DNA of 64,000 bases, taken from positions 62,001 through 126,000 of IMG/VR virus record IMGVR_UViG_3300031952_000001; one strand, given 5' to 3'. Position numbers and translations under genes: made by a program. Below, piece after piece: positions 1 through 10,863 of the stretch; the first letter of the stretch is position 1; each line of letters begins with the position of its first letter. The notes below the pieces were generated by a model. The model was not told the origin of the DNA. It made no database searches and was given only the letters and a program-made list of their open reading frames with translations.

Positions 1-1
1 G

Positions 2-1462
2 TTCAACCGGCCGGACGGCAGCACGGGTTTCGCTTCGGTACTCTGCCCCCTCGGCACCAACAAGTACCTTCAGGAGTCCTTGGGACGCGGTCCGTTGTTC
101 GAGCAGCCCGTGCGTTGCGCCCACTGCGAGGAGTCGCAGCGTCAGTGGGATCTCTTCAACGCCCGGTGGGAGGCTCTCGGGATCGACAAGAAGGCTCTCT
201 CGTCGGACGGCTACCGGGACATGTGCACGCGGGATCCTGTCTTGGCGGTGACGAAGAGGGCTGCGAAAGACATCGGAGCTTGGGACAAGTATTTCTTGGC
301 GATTTTCGACCACGACAAGTTCGTGGGGGCGCGTCCCTTGGGTGAGGGCGACGATCCGGCCACGCTGCACCAGGCGTGGTTCGCTCCGAAGTCGGTGCAC
401 TCGAAGCTGCTCCGGCTGTTCGATGGCGGGGCTCAGTCTGGTGGGGCTCCGCAAGGACTTCGGTTCTTCGAGAACACTCAGGGCGGATTCCCGATCATCT
501 CCATCGTGAAGGACACGAGCAAGTGCAAGAAGAACAACCTGCGGGACACGGAGTACGATGCCGTGTTCAACAATCGGTTCTTCCAGTACCCGCCCGAGTG
601 GCTCGCGTACATCCAGAACTACGCCGCGTTGGTCGATCCGACGGAGACCCTGGTTCACCTTGTCACCTACGAGGAAGGGCTCCACTACGTCAGCCAGACG
701 AAGTCCTCGGGGAACGACTACCAGCAGGCGCAGCAGCAGATGACCGGCGGGGCAGCCCCTGGTGGGATGCCTCCGGGGATGGTCGGGGCCCCACAGGGAC
801 AGCCCCCGTATGGCGCTCCTCCGGGCAGCCCTCCGGCAGCCGGTTGGGCGGGCGCGACGGGGTACCCTCCGGTCGGGAACGCCGGCCAGATGCCCATGAT
901 GCCTCCTCCGGGAATGCCCGCTGGTCTGCCCCCCGGTGCGAACCCTCTGGGGGCTCCTCCGGGACAGCCTCCGATGGGACAGCCTCAGTACGGCCAGGCC
1001 CAGCCCCCGGCGCAGCAGATGCCCTACCAGGCCCCTCCGGGCCAGGCTCCTGGGCCGGCTCCGTACCCGGGCATGGCTCCGGTTCAGCAGGCTCCGGCTC
1101 CGCAGTATCCGGCGCAGCAGCAGTACAACCCAGCTCCTGGGCAGATGCCCCAGGGAATGCCTCCAGGAGCGCCCCCAGCGGCTCAGCAGCCTCCGCAGCA
1201 GTACGGGCAGCCCCAAGGTCAGATGCCCCCGGGGACGCCCCCCATGGTCGGTGGAGCCCCTCCGCAGGGGATGCCTCCGATGGCTCCGCCGCCCCAGCAG
1301 TCGTACGGTGGGGCTCCGGTGCCGAATCAGCCGCCGGCCGTTCCCCCTCCGGGCACGGTTCCGCCGATTGGGGTGGTGCCCGGCTTCGCTCCGCCGCCGC
1401 CCGACAGGGCTCCGACGCCACCCGCTGAGGGTGCTGGTGGTCCGCCGATGCGGCAATGGTAG
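2..1462 (+). CDS. 5'-truncated protein, possibly gp32-like ssDNA-binding protein, with a long Pro/Gly/Gln/Met-rich C-terminal tail
   Basis: Frame is open from the window start. A globular N-terminal part with Cys/His residues is followed by about 250 aa of low complexity. It lies directly upstream of recA. The SSB call rests mainly on context. Confidence 0.4.
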   Translation, partial: FNRPDGSTGFASVLCPLGTNKYLQESLGRGPLFEQPVRCAHCEESQRQWDLFNARWEALGIDKKALSSDGYRDMCTRDPVLAVTKRAAKDIGAWDKYFLAIFDHDKFVGARPLGEGDDPATLHQAWFAPKSVHSKLLRLFDGGAQSGGAPQGLRFFENTQGGFPIISIVKDTSKCKKNNLRDTEYDAVFNNRFFQYPPEWLAYIQNYAALVDPTETLVHLVTYEEGLHYVSQTKSSGNDYQQAQQQMTGGAAPGGMPPGMVGAPQGQPPYGAPPGSPPAAGWAGATGYPPVGNAGQMPMMPPPGMPAGLPPGANPLGAPPGQPPMGQPQYGQAQPPAQQMPYQAPPGQAPGPAPYPGMAPVQQAPAPQYPAQQQYNPAPGQMPQGMPPGAPPAAQQPPQQYGQPQGQMPPGTPPMVGGAPPQGMPPMAPPPQQSYGGAPVPNQPPAVPPPGTVPPIGVVPGFAPPPPDRAPTPPAEGAGGPPMRQW

Positions 1463-3795
1463 GAAGGGGGCCTCTCGTGGTGAAGGACAAAGAGAAGAAG
1501 GCCGCGGAATCTGTGGTCGAGCCGGCAGTGGACATTCTCCGCAAGATCCAGGCGGAGAAGGAAAGCCAGGTGTACGGGATCCAGATGCTGGAGGGCACGA
1601 AGATCGAAAACGTGCCACGGTCTTCTTCCGGCATCTTGAGCGTCGACATCGCTCTGGGGGGTGGGTATCCCTTGGGTCGTGTCGTTGAGATCTACGGATC
1701 TGAGGCCTCCGGGAAAACGACCCTCACCCTTCATGCCATCGCAGAGGTGAATCGCAAGGGTGGGACCGCGGCGATCATCGATCTGGAGAACGCCTTGGTC
1801 CCTGCGTACGGGAAGGTGCTGGGTGTCGACTGGTCGAAGACCTTGATCTCGCAACCCGATAACGCAGAGGTCGCGCTGAACCTGGTCGAGCACCTTTGCG
1901 GCCACATGAAGTCGGGCGACATGATCGTCGTGGATTCGGTGGCTGCGCTCACCCCCGAGGCTGAGATGAGCGGGGAGATGGGGGACTCGCACATGGGTCT
2001 CCAGGCGCGGCTCATGAGCCAGGCGCTGCGGAAGCTGACGCACATCGTTTCCACCTCTGGAATCATCCTGATCTTCATCAACCAGATTCGTTGTCTCCCC
2101 TTGGATTCGTTGATATTGCGCAATGGCGCTCTTTCCCGTTTGAAGGATCTTCGGATGGGTGACGTAGTACCCTACTGTTGTGAGTCCAGCACTACCGTTC
2201 AAGGTCTTCACATCGCCGGAGTTGTTCCCGGCAAGAAGTTACAGCCAAAGAATTGCCCACCTTTTAGTCTCAGTAACTTGCATTGGCAGCCTGTCGTGGA
2301 TTGTAGGGGGCAGGTTATTAACAAGCAAGGTTCCGACATTGCAGTGGGTGATTGGCTTATTCAGCCCCTCTTGAAGAAGAGCCAGCAACTTTCTGATGCT
2401 GCCGGCTATATCGACCTTTCCGATGTGATTCAGTCGGTGGGAGAGGCGTTGCCGTCTAACGCTGCCAAAGTGCAGCTTCCAAGAATTCTTGATGAAGACC
2501 TGGCATTCTTCCTTGGGTGTTGTTACTCAGACGGAAACTTATATCAGGATGTCGATAACAGCGACTATCGTATGCAATTTACAGAGAACAGTGTTGATCG
2601 TCACACTCTGATAAAAGACTCCTGTGAGAAAGTATTTCCAGGGCTGTCTTTTGTCTCTGAGAACAAGGTGGCTCTTTACGGGAAGGCTATTTTTCTATTT
2701 CTTAAAGGTCTTGGTTGCAAAGAGCACGGGTCTGAGAAAATCATTCCAGAAAGGATACTACAATCTCGGCGCAGCGTCGTTAGGGAGTTCTTGCGTGGTT
2801 CTTTGTTTGATTCTCATGGGTTCGATAGCCATGGTTTTATTTTTACGCATGAGAATCTTGAAGCGGCTTATGAGTTTTCTAAGGTTCTGTATTACTTTGG
2901 AGTTTCTGCGGATGTTCGTGATGGGTATCTCTACATCACCGGAGCCGATGCTTTGACTTTTTCTGAAATTATAGGGTTTTCTGAACAATATAAACTAAAG
3001 AAGTCTAAGTTGTTTATTGAGACCCCCAATGCTCGCGGTAAGTATGATGTCGTGCCTTTTGAACTTTCAGAGGCCATCTTCAAGTTGATAAAGACCCTGG
3101 GGGTAAAGGGTATCTCTGGTATCCCCTATTACAATTCTTTCAAGATGTGCTTATTCAAGAGGCTTAACACTTCCAGGTTAGGGTTGATCTCGTTTTTGCG
3201 GGAGATTCAAGAGAGTCCGACGCCGTACTCTGAAATCCAGAACTTTTTGGATTTACTTAGTGATAACAGATTCTACCAGATTGAGAGCTTGGAGGATACT
3301 GAGTTCGATGCTCTGGATGTAGAGACTGGTTCAGGTCTTTTTATATCGGATAGATTCTTGACGCATAATAGCAAGATTGGTGTAGTGTTCGGCAACCCAG
3401 AGGTAACTACCGGAGGGAACGCGCTCAAGTTCTACGCCTCTCAGCGCATCGAAGTGCGTGGCGGCACCAAGCTCAAAGGCGTCGGGGAGGGCTCTCCTCC
3501 GGTGGGCCAGATCACACACATCAAGGTGGTGAAGAACAAGGTCTCTATGCCGTTCAGGAACACCGATGTGGATTTGTACTACGGCTGGGGTTTCCTCCCG
3601 GCAGCGGACATCTTCGTGACCGGGAAGCGCTACGGTGTCATCGAGGCATCCGGATCCTGGTACTCGTTCAACGGTGAGCGCCTGGGGAACGGAGAGGTCG
3701 CTGCGAAGACATTCCTCGGTCAGAACAAGGAGATGCAGGAAGCCATCAAGAAAGCGGTCCTGGAGAAGGAAAATGCACCCGCAACCGCAGGTTGA
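1456..3795 (+). CDS. recA: RecA recombinase interrupted by an intein
   Basis: Walker [10 protein letters not shown], Walker [63 protein letters not shown]. Confidence 0.97.
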   Translation: MVGRGPLVVKDKEKKAAESVVEPAVDILRKIQAEKESQVYGIQMLEGTKIENVPRSSSGILSVDIALGGGYPLGRVVEIYGSEASGKTTLTLHAIAEVNRKGGTAAIIDLENALVPAYGKVLGVDWSKTLISQPDNAEVALNLVEHLCGHMKSGDMIVVDSVAALTPEAEMSGEMGDSHMGLQARLMSQALRKLTHIVSTSGIILIFINQIRCLPLDSLILRNGALSRLKDLRMGDVVPYCCESSTTVQGLHIAGVVPGKKLQPKNCPPFSLSNLHWQPVVDCRGQVINKQGSDIAVGDWLIQPLLKKSQQLSDAAGYIDLSDVIQSVGEALPSNAAKVQLPRILDEDLAFFLGCCYSDGNLYQDVDNSDYRMQFTENSVDRHTLIKDSCEKVFPGLSFVSENKVALYGKAIFLFLKGLGCKEHGSEKIIPERILQSRRSVVREFLRGSLFDSHGFDSHGFIFTHENLEAAYEFSKVLYYFGVSADVRDGYLYITGADALTFSEIIGFSEQYKLKKSKLFIETPNARGKYDVVPFELSEAIFKLIKTLGVKGISGIPYYNSFKMCLFKRLNTSRLGLISFLREIQESPTPYSEIQNFLDLLSDNRFYQIESLEDTEFDALDVETGSGLFISDRFLTHNSKIGVVFGNPEVTTGGNALKFYASQRIEVRGGTKLKGVGEGSPPVGQITHIKVVKNKVSMPFRNTDVDLYYGWGFLPAADIFVTGKRYGVIEASGSWYSFNGERLGNGEVAAKTFLGQNKEMQEAIKKAVLEKENAPATAG
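2092..3369 (+). mobile_element. Intein with LAGLIDADG homing endonuclease (426 aa) in RecA
   Basis: Starts CLPLDS and ends FLTHN with a +1 Ser. LAGLIDADG-like blocks [10 protein letters not shown] and [14 protein letters not shown] is visibly more AT-rich than the exteins. Confidence 0.93.
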
Positions 3796-4054
3796 GAATA
3801 GGTACCGCGAGGTCGTGCGGGCGGCCCTGGAATGCCTCGGAGACGAGCTTCTGCTGGAGGACGCGGACGTGTTGTGTGAGTACCTCGTGCTGCGCTTCTT
3901 GAAGACGTCCCCGAGGGTCACCTCGGGGTCCTCTCTGGAGGACTCGCTCGTGGAGCTTCAGGAGTTCGTCCGGAAGCTCTACCCGGTGCTCCTCACGTTC
4001 GTGTCCATGGTCAACACGTCCGCGATGCCGCGGTCGGAAAGTGCCAGAGCATGA
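3773..4054 (+). CDS. hypothetical protein
   Basis: ATG overlaps the recA end and the stop overlaps the next ATG. Confidence 0.6.
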   Translation: MHPQPQVENRYREVVRAALECLGDELLLEDADVLCEYLVLRFLKTSPRVTSGSSLEDSLVELQEFVRKLYPVLLTFVSMVNTSAMPRSESARA

Positions 4055-5178
4055 AGACCATCCGGTTCATAGCGTACGGAGACATCCACCACGACCGGAA
4101 GGCCGCCCGGTGCCTCACGATGCAGGATACTCTGGGGATCGAGCAGCAGGTGCACCAGCGTGTCGCCGAGGGCAAGTTCGACTTCTCGGTGTTCGTCGGG
4201 GACCGCTACCTGAAGCGTGAGCCTGAAGATGAGATCAAGGTTACCGCGGATCGTGCGCTCGCGTACTTCCTCTCGCAGCGTCCGAACGCTCCGCACTACC
4301 ACCTCGTGGGGAACCACGACTGGACGCGGAACAACCGGTCGTGGCACACGTCGGAGTCCTTGAGGTCGGTCCCGAACCTCTTCGTTCTGGACAAGCCTGG
4401 AACGCCGTTGTTTCCCGGGCGTGAGAACGATGACTACATCATTCATGCGCTCCCTGCGGATGCTCCGTTCGACGAGAAGATCTACCAGCCTACTCACGGG
4501 AAGCCCTTCTTCAACTTGTTCCTGTTCCACGGCATCGTGAAGGGCTCGTTGATGTCGGACACCTCGTCTCGGGTGTTCGACAACGGGATCGACATCGCGC
4601 AGCTCGACCGGGACTGGTGGGACTTCGTGATCGGAGGGGACATCCACGTTCCTCAAAAGATCCCATTCACGAACACCTCAGGGGGCTACACAGGCTCCGT
4701 CTTGCAGAGGACGCGCGCAGACGCTGACAAGCCCCGCGGGTGGATCGAGGTGACGGCCGTCTGGGACGATACGAAGTGGACGGTCACTACGGAGTTCCGA
4801 GCGACACGGAACTTCTTCCACCGGGAGATCTGGCAGGTCGGTCCAGAGACCCAGTACCCGGAGATCAAGATCAACGAGACCTACATCACCGACCAGGCTG
4901 TCGAGGTGAAGCTCGTAGGGAACCGGAAGGATGTCGACCGCGTGGCGGACGATCCTCGCTGGAAGAACTACAAGGACATCATGCTCGCGAGGAGCGTCGA
5001 CATCATCCGCGAGTACAAGGTCGAGAACGAGACCGCCATCGTGGACTTCAGTACCTCCCGCGGGGTGCTCGACGACCTGACGCTCTACATGCAGAGTGGG
5101 TTCGCAAACGTTGGAGGGCTGTCGCCTGACAGGATCAGCGCGATGGTGACGAAATTGAGGGAGGTTCAGAATGGTTGA
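4051..5178 (+). CDS. SbcD/Mre11 (T4 gp47-like) metallophosphoesterase nuclease
   Basis: GDIHH, FVGD, VGNHD, FHG, GDIHVPQ and YTGS motifs; close to an SbcC-like gene. Confidence 0.88.
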   Translation: MKTIRFIAYGDIHHDRKAARCLTMQDTLGIEQQVHQRVAEGKFDFSVFVGDRYLKREPEDEIKVTADRALAYFLSQRPNAPHYHLVGNHDWTRNNRSWHTSESLRSVPNLFVLDKPGTPLFPGRENDDYIIHALPADAPFDEKIYQPTHGKPFFNLFLFHGIVKGSLMSDTSSRVFDNGIDIAQLDRDWWDFVIGGDIHVPQKIPFTNTSGGYTGSVLQRTRADADKPRGWIEVTAVWDDTKWTVTTEFRATRNFFHREIWQVGPETQYPEIKINETYITDQAVEVKLVGNRKDVDRVADDPRWKNYKDIMLARSVDIIREYKVENETAIVDFSTSRGVLDDLTLYMQSGFANVGGLSPDRISAMVTKLREVQNG

Positions 5179-5476
5179 GCCCATGAAGAAGTGGAAGATC
5201 GTTTCGGACGGAACGAGCCACGGAACCAAGATCATCAGCCCCTCGGGTGAGATGGTGGGCCTGGTTCAGAAGCTCTCCATCTTCATCGAGTGCGGGGAGC
5301 CTTTCGTGAAGGCGGACATGTCGGTCATCCTTCCGCAGCTCGACGTGGAGGTTCTGGAATCCTCGTTCTCGAACAACCTGGCGGACTGCAAGAACTGTGA
5401 TCCCGTCTGTGACAACGGAGCTGAGGCCTTGAAGCGCTTCGCGGAGTGCCATGCCGAAGGCAAGAAGGAGGGCTGA
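5171..5476 (+). CDS. hypothetical protein
   Basis: Operon-coupled ORF. Confidence 0.65.
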   Translation: MVEPMKKWKIVSDGTSHGTKIISPSGEMVGLVQKLSIFIECGEPFVKADMSVILPQLDVEVLESSFSNNLADCKNCDPVCDNGAEALKRFAECHAEGKKEG

Positions 5477-5477
5477 G

Positions 5478-6119
5478 ATGGTAGACGTCATCAAGCCGTG
5501 GGCGCGCATCGAGGACGAGTTCGACGGGAACGAGATGCTGAAACGCATCGAGCGCGCGGGGCGCACCTGCTACAAGAGCGAAGACCGAATCACCGAGGAG
5601 AGTGCTCCGGCGTTCGTGAAGAAGATCAAAGCCATGGGGCACGAGTCCGTGCTCGAACACGAGAAGGTCACCGTTCGCATCGTCTGCGACCGCGGTGTCA
5701 CTCACGAGATCGTGCGTCATCGCCTCTGCGCTTTCAGCCAAGAGTCGACGCGGTACTGCGACTACCACAAGGCCGGTGAGATCCAGGTCATCGTTCCATG
5801 TTTCTGGAGAGATCCGAGCGACCCGGCGAAGAAGATCCCGAAAGCACAGGTCTGGTACGATTCCATGCTCGCGGCCGAGAAGGCGTACAACAAGCTACGT
5901 GAGTTAGGAGCATCTCCACAAGAAGCTCGCTCGGTGCTTCCTAACAGCCTCAAGACGGAGATTGTGGTGACGGCCGACCTGCGTGAGTGGCACCACATCT
6001 TCACGCTCCGCACGTCGAAGAAGGCGCACCCGCAGATGCGGGAGATCATGATCCCCCTGCTTGCAGAGTTCAAGAGTCGTATTCCCGTCGTCTTCGACGA
6101 CATCGTGGTGGAGGACTGA
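5478..6119 (+). CDS. thyX: FAD-dependent thymidylate synthase
   Basis: GHESVLEH, HEIVRHRLCAFSQESTRY (RHRx7S), EARSVLPNS, LREWHHIFTLR, AHPQMR. Confidence 0.96.
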   Translation: MVDVIKPWARIEDEFDGNEMLKRIERAGRTCYKSEDRITEESAPAFVKKIKAMGHESVLEHEKVTVRIVCDRGVTHEIVRHRLCAFSQESTRYCDYHKAGEIQVIVPCFWRDPSDPAKKIPKAQVWYDSMLAAEKAYNKLRELGASPQEARSVLPNSLKTEIVVTADLREWHHIFTLRTSKKAHPQMREIMIPLLAEFKSRIPVVFDDIVVED

Positions 6120-6120
6120 C

Positions 6121-6306
6121 ATGGCGAAGATCGTCGAGTACGTGTGCCCGAACGAGGCCTGCTGTGGATCCACGGTTGAAGAGATCTTCAACGACACGGA
6201 GAAGCAGCCCCAGGTTCACCCCGAGGCGGAGTGCGAGCACTGCAAAGGGCCGATGACGCGCGGGGACAATATCAAGAGCAACTGCCAGGTGTGGAAGAAC
6301 GTCTGA
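6121..6306 (+). CDS. small zinc-ribbon protein (FmdB-like)
   Basis: EYVCPNEAC ... ECEHCKG. Confidence 0.55.
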   Translation: MAKIVEYVCPNEACCGSTVEEIFNDTEKQPQVHPEAECEHCKGPMTRGDNIKSNCQVWKNV

Positions 6307-8366
6307 TGCTCGTCATCAAGTCAGCGAACCCTACTGGGTTGTTTTCGTACGGCCGGTCTCCGGACATCGACGTGCAGCGTCGTGGTCTCGTCAACCTCAT
6401 CGGGGTGAACGAGGACAAGGGTGGCGACTCGAACGGCGCGGGGAAGACCTCCCTCTTCAACGCTCTCTGCGAGGTGCTCTTCGGAGACAATCCAACTGGC
6501 GTAAATGGCAACGAAGTCGTGAACCAGGTCCTCAACGAGGGCTACGCCGGCAGGGTCATTTTCTCTTCTTGGGAAGGTGTCGACTACCGGGTGACCTACT
6601 GCCGCGGGTGGAAGGAAGACTACTACCCGGTCGACAACAACACGAAGACCTCCTACAAAGGCACCGCGCTGTTCTTCGACAAGCTCGAAGGCGCTCAATG
6701 GGTCGACTGCCGCGGCGCAACGATGGCGGAGACCCGTACACTTGTTCAGGTTGCTGTGGGAGTCACCTACAGCCGGTTCCTCTCCATCTCGTATCTGAGC
6801 CACCGGGTCGGTTCGACCTTCTTGAGGGGGACGAACAAGGACCGGATGGACATCATGGCCGGCATCACGGGCGTCGAGGATTGGGACGAGATCCTGGTCT
6901 CCGCTCGGGCGAAGAAGCTCGCCGTCGGCCAGGACATCTCGTCGGTGCAGCAGCGCATCGCCTACGACGAGGGTGCTCTGGAGCAGATGCGGAGCGCTCT
7001 CTCGCAGCTGAAGAACGCCGACTGGGGGCAGGTCCTCATCAAGTGCGATCTGGACACTGCATCGGCGCAGGACCAGCTCAAGCTCGCGGAGGACCACCGG
7101 CTGAAGCTCCAGAACGAGTGGGCAGCCCGGAAGATCACCCAGACGGAGGCGTACAACCGTTCGGGCTCGGGAGTCCTTTCCCAGGAGATCTCGGATCTGT
7201 CCGTCCAGCTGAGCGACCTCAAGAACCCCATGTTCGCGGATCCCTCGCTGCCGGAGTTCGACTTGTCGTTCGCTCAGCGGGTGGAGAACAAGCGCGGCGA
7301 GCGCGACATGGCTCTCGGGGAGCTGCGCGCCCTCGTCTCCGGCAAGGACCTCCGCAGCGTGGACAAGTGCCCGACCTGCGGGGCGACCATCTCGGCCAAG
7401 GCCAAGGCCTCTATCACGGAGAAGATCACTGTACTAGAGTCCAGGGCCTCCACCCTCGAAGTGGAGCTGAAGGCGCTCACGAAGGCCAAGAATGAAGAGG
7501 AGGAGCGCATCCGACAGGCTCGGGCTCTGCGTCATCGGGAGCGGTTGCAGCAGGCCATCTCGGTAGAGGCCCAGATCGCGGAGAAGAAGGCTCTCCTGCG
7601 GCAGAGCGCGCTGGAGTACGAGCGCATCACCGGGGAGATGCAGGCCCTGGAGGTCGAGGGTCGGAAGGCCCATGAGCTGTGCACGCAGTACACTCAGAGG
7701 ATCACTCAGATCGCGGCCTACAAGGATGACGTCGAGAAGCGCCTCGGGGAGATCCAGCGTGTGGAGCACAACGTCGCAGAGCGGGAGGAGGCCATCGTGA
7801 AGTCGAAGGCCTCCATCTCCGAGGCTCTGGAAGACGTCAAGGTGCTGGAGTGGATCATCTCCAACATCCCCTACATCAAGCTGCACCGCATGTCCGTGGC
7901 GATGACTCAGCTGTCGGAGAAGGTGAACCACTACCTGTCCGAGATGGGCGACACGATCCGGGTGAACATCACCTCCTTCGAGGAGAAGAAGGCGAAGAAG
8001 GGTGCCGGCGACATCAAGGACGCGCTCAAGTCCGAGGTCAAGGTCGAGGTGGTCGACGGGGAGAAGAACATCGATCCGAGGCTCTACTCGGATGGGGAGA
8101 CCTCGAAGATCTCCAACGCGGTGATCCGCTCTCTGCACGACATCGCCGTCCAGGCGGGGCACGGGTGCAACCTCGTGCTCCTCGACGAGATCTTCTCGTT
8201 CGTGGACGCGAACAACTCGCAGAAGCTCGCGGACAGCTTCAACGACGTGAGCACCGGGACCACGTTCATCACGGACAACTCGGGTCACGTTGAGGACTTG
8301 ATGGATTTCGATGAGGTCTGGATCGCCAGGAAGACTGGCGGCGTCACAACAATCGAGGTGCGATAA
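6306..8366 (+). CDS. SbcC/Rad50 (T4 gp46-like) SMC-family ATPase
   Basis: Walker A SNGAGKTS, coiled coils with a central CPTC zinc hook, signature variant YSDGE, Walker B LVLLDE. Confidence 0.9.
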   Translation: MLVIKSANPTGLFSYGRSPDIDVQRRGLVNLIGVNEDKGGDSNGAGKTSLFNALCEVLFGDNPTGVNGNEVVNQVLNEGYAGRVIFSSWEGVDYRVTYCRGWKEDYYPVDNNTKTSYKGTALFFDKLEGAQWVDCRGATMAETRTLVQVAVGVTYSRFLSISYLSHRVGSTFLRGTNKDRMDIMAGITGVEDWDEILVSARAKKLAVGQDISSVQQRIAYDEGALEQMRSALSQLKNADWGQVLIKCDLDTASAQDQLKLAEDHRLKLQNEWAARKITQTEAYNRSGSGVLSQEISDLSVQLSDLKNPMFADPSLPEFDLSFAQRVENKRGERDMALGELRALVSGKDLRSVDKCPTCGATISAKAKASITEKITVLESRASTLEVELKALTKAKNEEEERIRQARALRHRERLQQAISVEAQIAEKKALLRQSALEYERITGEMQALEVEGRKAHELCTQYTQRITQIAAYKDDVEKRLGEIQRVEHNVAEREEAIVKSKASISEALEDVKVLEWIISNIPYIKLHRMSVAMTQLSEKVNHYLSEMGDTIRVNITSFEEKKAKKGAGDIKDALKSEVKVEVVDGEKNIDPRLYSDGETSKISNAVIRSLHDIAVQAGHGCNLVLLDEIFSFVDANNSQKLADSFNDVSTGTTFITDNSGHVEDLMDFDEVWIARKTGGVTTIEVR

Positions 8367-8854
8367 TGTCCGATCAGGAAAACGACCAGCAGATCCCTCC
8401 TCCCGCGCCCACACTGTTCGAGGTGTTCCAGCAGCTCATGGGTGAGATCCCGCTCCCGAGCCCCCTCAGGGGCATGGAGCAGACAGTGATGATCATCGGG
8501 ACCTGCGGCGGGGGTCGTGGTGTCATCGGGAGTGTGCACGACTTCCCGGAGTTCCTGAATGACGTCTGGGTTCACTACCCACTCGCCTTCGGTGAGGTCA
8601 TCCAGAGAGACCCACGAGGTCAGCCTCTGGGGGTAGCCTTCTCTGCCGGCAGGATCTTCAACACACTCTCGTTGCCGAGGATGTCTCGGTTCAATTTCGA
8701 CTACCTCACCATCTTGAAGGCCGATTCCAACAAGGACAAGGAGGCCCGTCAGATCTACGAAGACGCCATGAAGGCGTACACGGTGGACGACGCTGGTCTC
8801 ATCATGGCTCCGCCGGGAGCGCTGTCGAACCTGAAGGACCTCGGCAGGCCATGA
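8366..8854 (+). CDS. hypothetical protein
   Basis: Operon-coupled ORF. Confidence 0.7.
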   Translation: MSDQENDQQIPPPAPTLFEVFQQLMGEIPLPSPLRGMEQTVMIIGTCGGGRGVIGSVHDFPEFLNDVWVHYPLAFGEVIQRDPRGQPLGVAFSAGRIFNTLSLPRMSRFNFDYLTILKADSNKDKEARQIYEDAMKAYTVDDAGLIMAPPGALSNLKDLGRP

Positions 8855-9099
8855 GCGGTCCGGCGAGCATGGCCCGCCGGGACAAGGCGGAGAAGAAGGC
8901 GAAGCGCGTCAGGGCGAACTCGATCAAGTACCAGGTCGACAACGGCGACATCGTCTTCCTGGAGGGGCCCTACGGTGGTAAGTACGCTTCGCAGGTCTTC
9001 CAGATGGGGGTCAAAGAACGGGACTACGTGATCAACAACTTGTGGTTCACGAACGATGAGAAGGTGATGGATATTCTTCGAAAATGGATGTGTCGGTAA
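8851..9099 (+). CDS. hypothetical protein
   Basis: ATGA overlap with the previous gene. Confidence 0.65.
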   Translation: MSGPASMARRDKAEKKAKRVRANSIKYQVDNGDIVFLEGPYGGKYASQVFQMGVKERDYVINNLWFTNDEKVMDILRKWMCR

Positions 9100-9599
9100 C
9101 AGAGCCTCGTCCCATCCGGATTCCCATCGAGGAGTACCGGTTCAAGATCCCCGGCAAGCCGTGGGTGCAGAAGAACAACCTTATCATCCGGTACAAGAAC
9201 CCCCGTGCGAAGTCGGGTCCGTTCATCGGCCACTCTGCCGAGATGTCTCACGCCAGGGAGCGCCTGGCGAACGAGATGTACTCGCAGTTCCAGCGCCAAG
9301 GTGGTAAGAGACCTCTCGACTTTCATGTGGAGGTCGACTTTGTTTTCTACGTGGCAAGGGGCCACGAGCCCGATCTGGACAACCTGCCGGCCATCGTCTG
9401 TGACGCAATGCAGGGCATCCAGGTGAAGGGCGCAGCAGGGGTCAAGGTCGCATCGGTCTTGCAGAACGACATCAGCATTCGCAAAGGAACGATCCTGAAG
9501 ATCGTGGAAGGAGACATTGACTATGTCGGAGAACCTCGAACAGAAATCATCGTCCGAAGATACCTCGGTGCCTGCTGCGGAATCGCTTCTCCCAGCTGA
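9084..9599 (+). CDS. RusA-like Holliday junction resolvase
   Basis: IPGKP, PDLDN..VCDAM and QND motifs. The usual Lys after DLDN is Ala here. Confidence 0.72.
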   Translation: MDVSVTEPRPIRIPIEEYRFKIPGKPWVQKNNLIIRYKNPRAKSGPFIGHSAEMSHARERLANEMYSQFQRQGGKRPLDFHVEVDFVFYVARGHEPDLDNLPAIVCDAMQGIQVKGAAGVKVASVLQNDISIRKGTILKIVEGDIDYVGEPRTEIIVRRYLGACCGIASPS

Positions 9600-10863
9600 G
9601 GAGGCCGCGCTCGCCCCTCCCGAGGAGTCCATCATCCCCGCCGACGCGGTGAGGATCGAGACTCCGGAGGCGGACGCGATGGTCGAGGAGAAGCTCCATG
9701 AGCCCATCATTGAACCGATGGCACCGCCCTACAGGGTGGTGTTGTGGTTCAAGTACGACGAGCTTCGGGAGGCCTTCGATCAGTTCTGGAAGGAGAACTC
9801 GAAGGCCATCATCGCGAACCTCGGTCTGAAGGGGAAGAAGGGCGCGGGGGGATCCATGCCCGGTGCCCAGGGTATGGCGGAGAAGCGGCTCCCCTTGAAG
9901 GCCTTGTACCAGCAGGTGCTCGTGGGCAAGATCCGGGAAAAGGTGCCGAACATCTTCTTCCTGGAGGGGTTCGAGCTGTTCAACTTCGAAAAGGGGCAGC
10001 GCCCGCACATGGTCTCCATCGTCTACTTCTACCCGAAGCTCACGCTGAAGCAGGAGATCAACTGGGCCTGCAAGAAGCCGAAGGAGCCCTCGCGGCAGGT
10101 GCAGTTCGAGGCCCGGCTCCGGGAGTTGCAGATGCAGTTCCGGAAGCTCGAAGACGATCCGGAGGGCGCGATCACGGAGCTGAGCAACATCCAGCTGGAC
10201 GTGATCGCGAGCATCGACGGGAAGCCCTACATCAACGGGACCCTCCAGCGTGCGTGGGTGGACATCTCTAGCATCCCGAAGGATCTGTCGGCGCAGTTGA
10301 TCGGCCACAAGGTCGGTGATCTCTTCGAGTGCGACTACCTGGCGAGCCCCCGCGACACGGAGAATGCCGGGAAGACCGTGCACGCGGCGATCAAGATTCA
10401 CAACCTCCAGAAGATCATCATTCCTCCGGTGGATGACGATCTGGCGAAGGACGCGGAGTTCGATGATCTGAAGGCCTTCGAGGCGCGCTTCCATCAGGAT
10501 TTCGATGGCTATGTTCGGAACATGCACAAGTCGGTGGTCGCCGATCATGTGATCGGCCACATCGTGCAGAATTCCGTGATCCCGCCGGTTCCCCAGGGCT
10601 GGCTCGACTCCGCGATCAAGGGGATGTCCGACTACCACCTTCGGAACTTCGGTGGGAACAAGAAGGCCGCGATGAAGGCCATCGGCGCTCAAACCGAAGC
10701 GGACTTCGTGCACCGTTTCACTGGTCAGGCGTACCGTGAGATGATGCAGGATCTGGCGACTCGGAAGTACGGGGAGCTGTTCAACGTGGCCCCCGGCTCC
10801 GATGAAATGTTCGAGAGCATGCTCGACAATGTTCGGTGGGTCAACGAGGAGGAAAAACCATGA
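9523..10863 (+). CDS. tig: trigger factor homologue (FKBP-type domain plus C-terminal domain)
   Basis: LDVIASIDGKPY..AQLIGHKVGD..AGKTVHAAIKIHNL..PPVDDDLAKDAEFDDLKAF follows the trigger factor pattern. The GFRxGxxP ribosome-binding loop is not recognisable. Confidence 0.75.
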   Translation: MSENLEQKSSSEDTSVPAAESLLPAEEAALAPPEESIIPADAVRIETPEADAMVEEKLHEPIIEPMAPPYRVVLWFKYDELREAFDQFWKENSKAIIANLGLKGKKGAGGSMPGAQGMAEKRLPLKALYQQVLVGKIREKVPNIFFLEGFELFNFEKGQRPHMVSIVYFYPKLTLKQEINWACKKPKEPSRQVQFEARLRELQMQFRKLEDDPEGAITELSNIQLDVIASIDGKPYINGTLQRAWVDISSIPKDLSAQLIGHKVGDLFECDYLASPRDTENAGKTVHAAIKIHNLQKIIIPPVDDDLAKDAEFDDLKAFEARFHQDFDGYVRNMHKSVVADHVIGHIVQNSVIPPVPQGWLDSAIKGMSDYHLRNFGGNKKAAMKAIGAQTEADFVHRFTGQAYREMMQDLATRKYGELFNVAPGSDEMFESMLDNVRWVNEEEKP

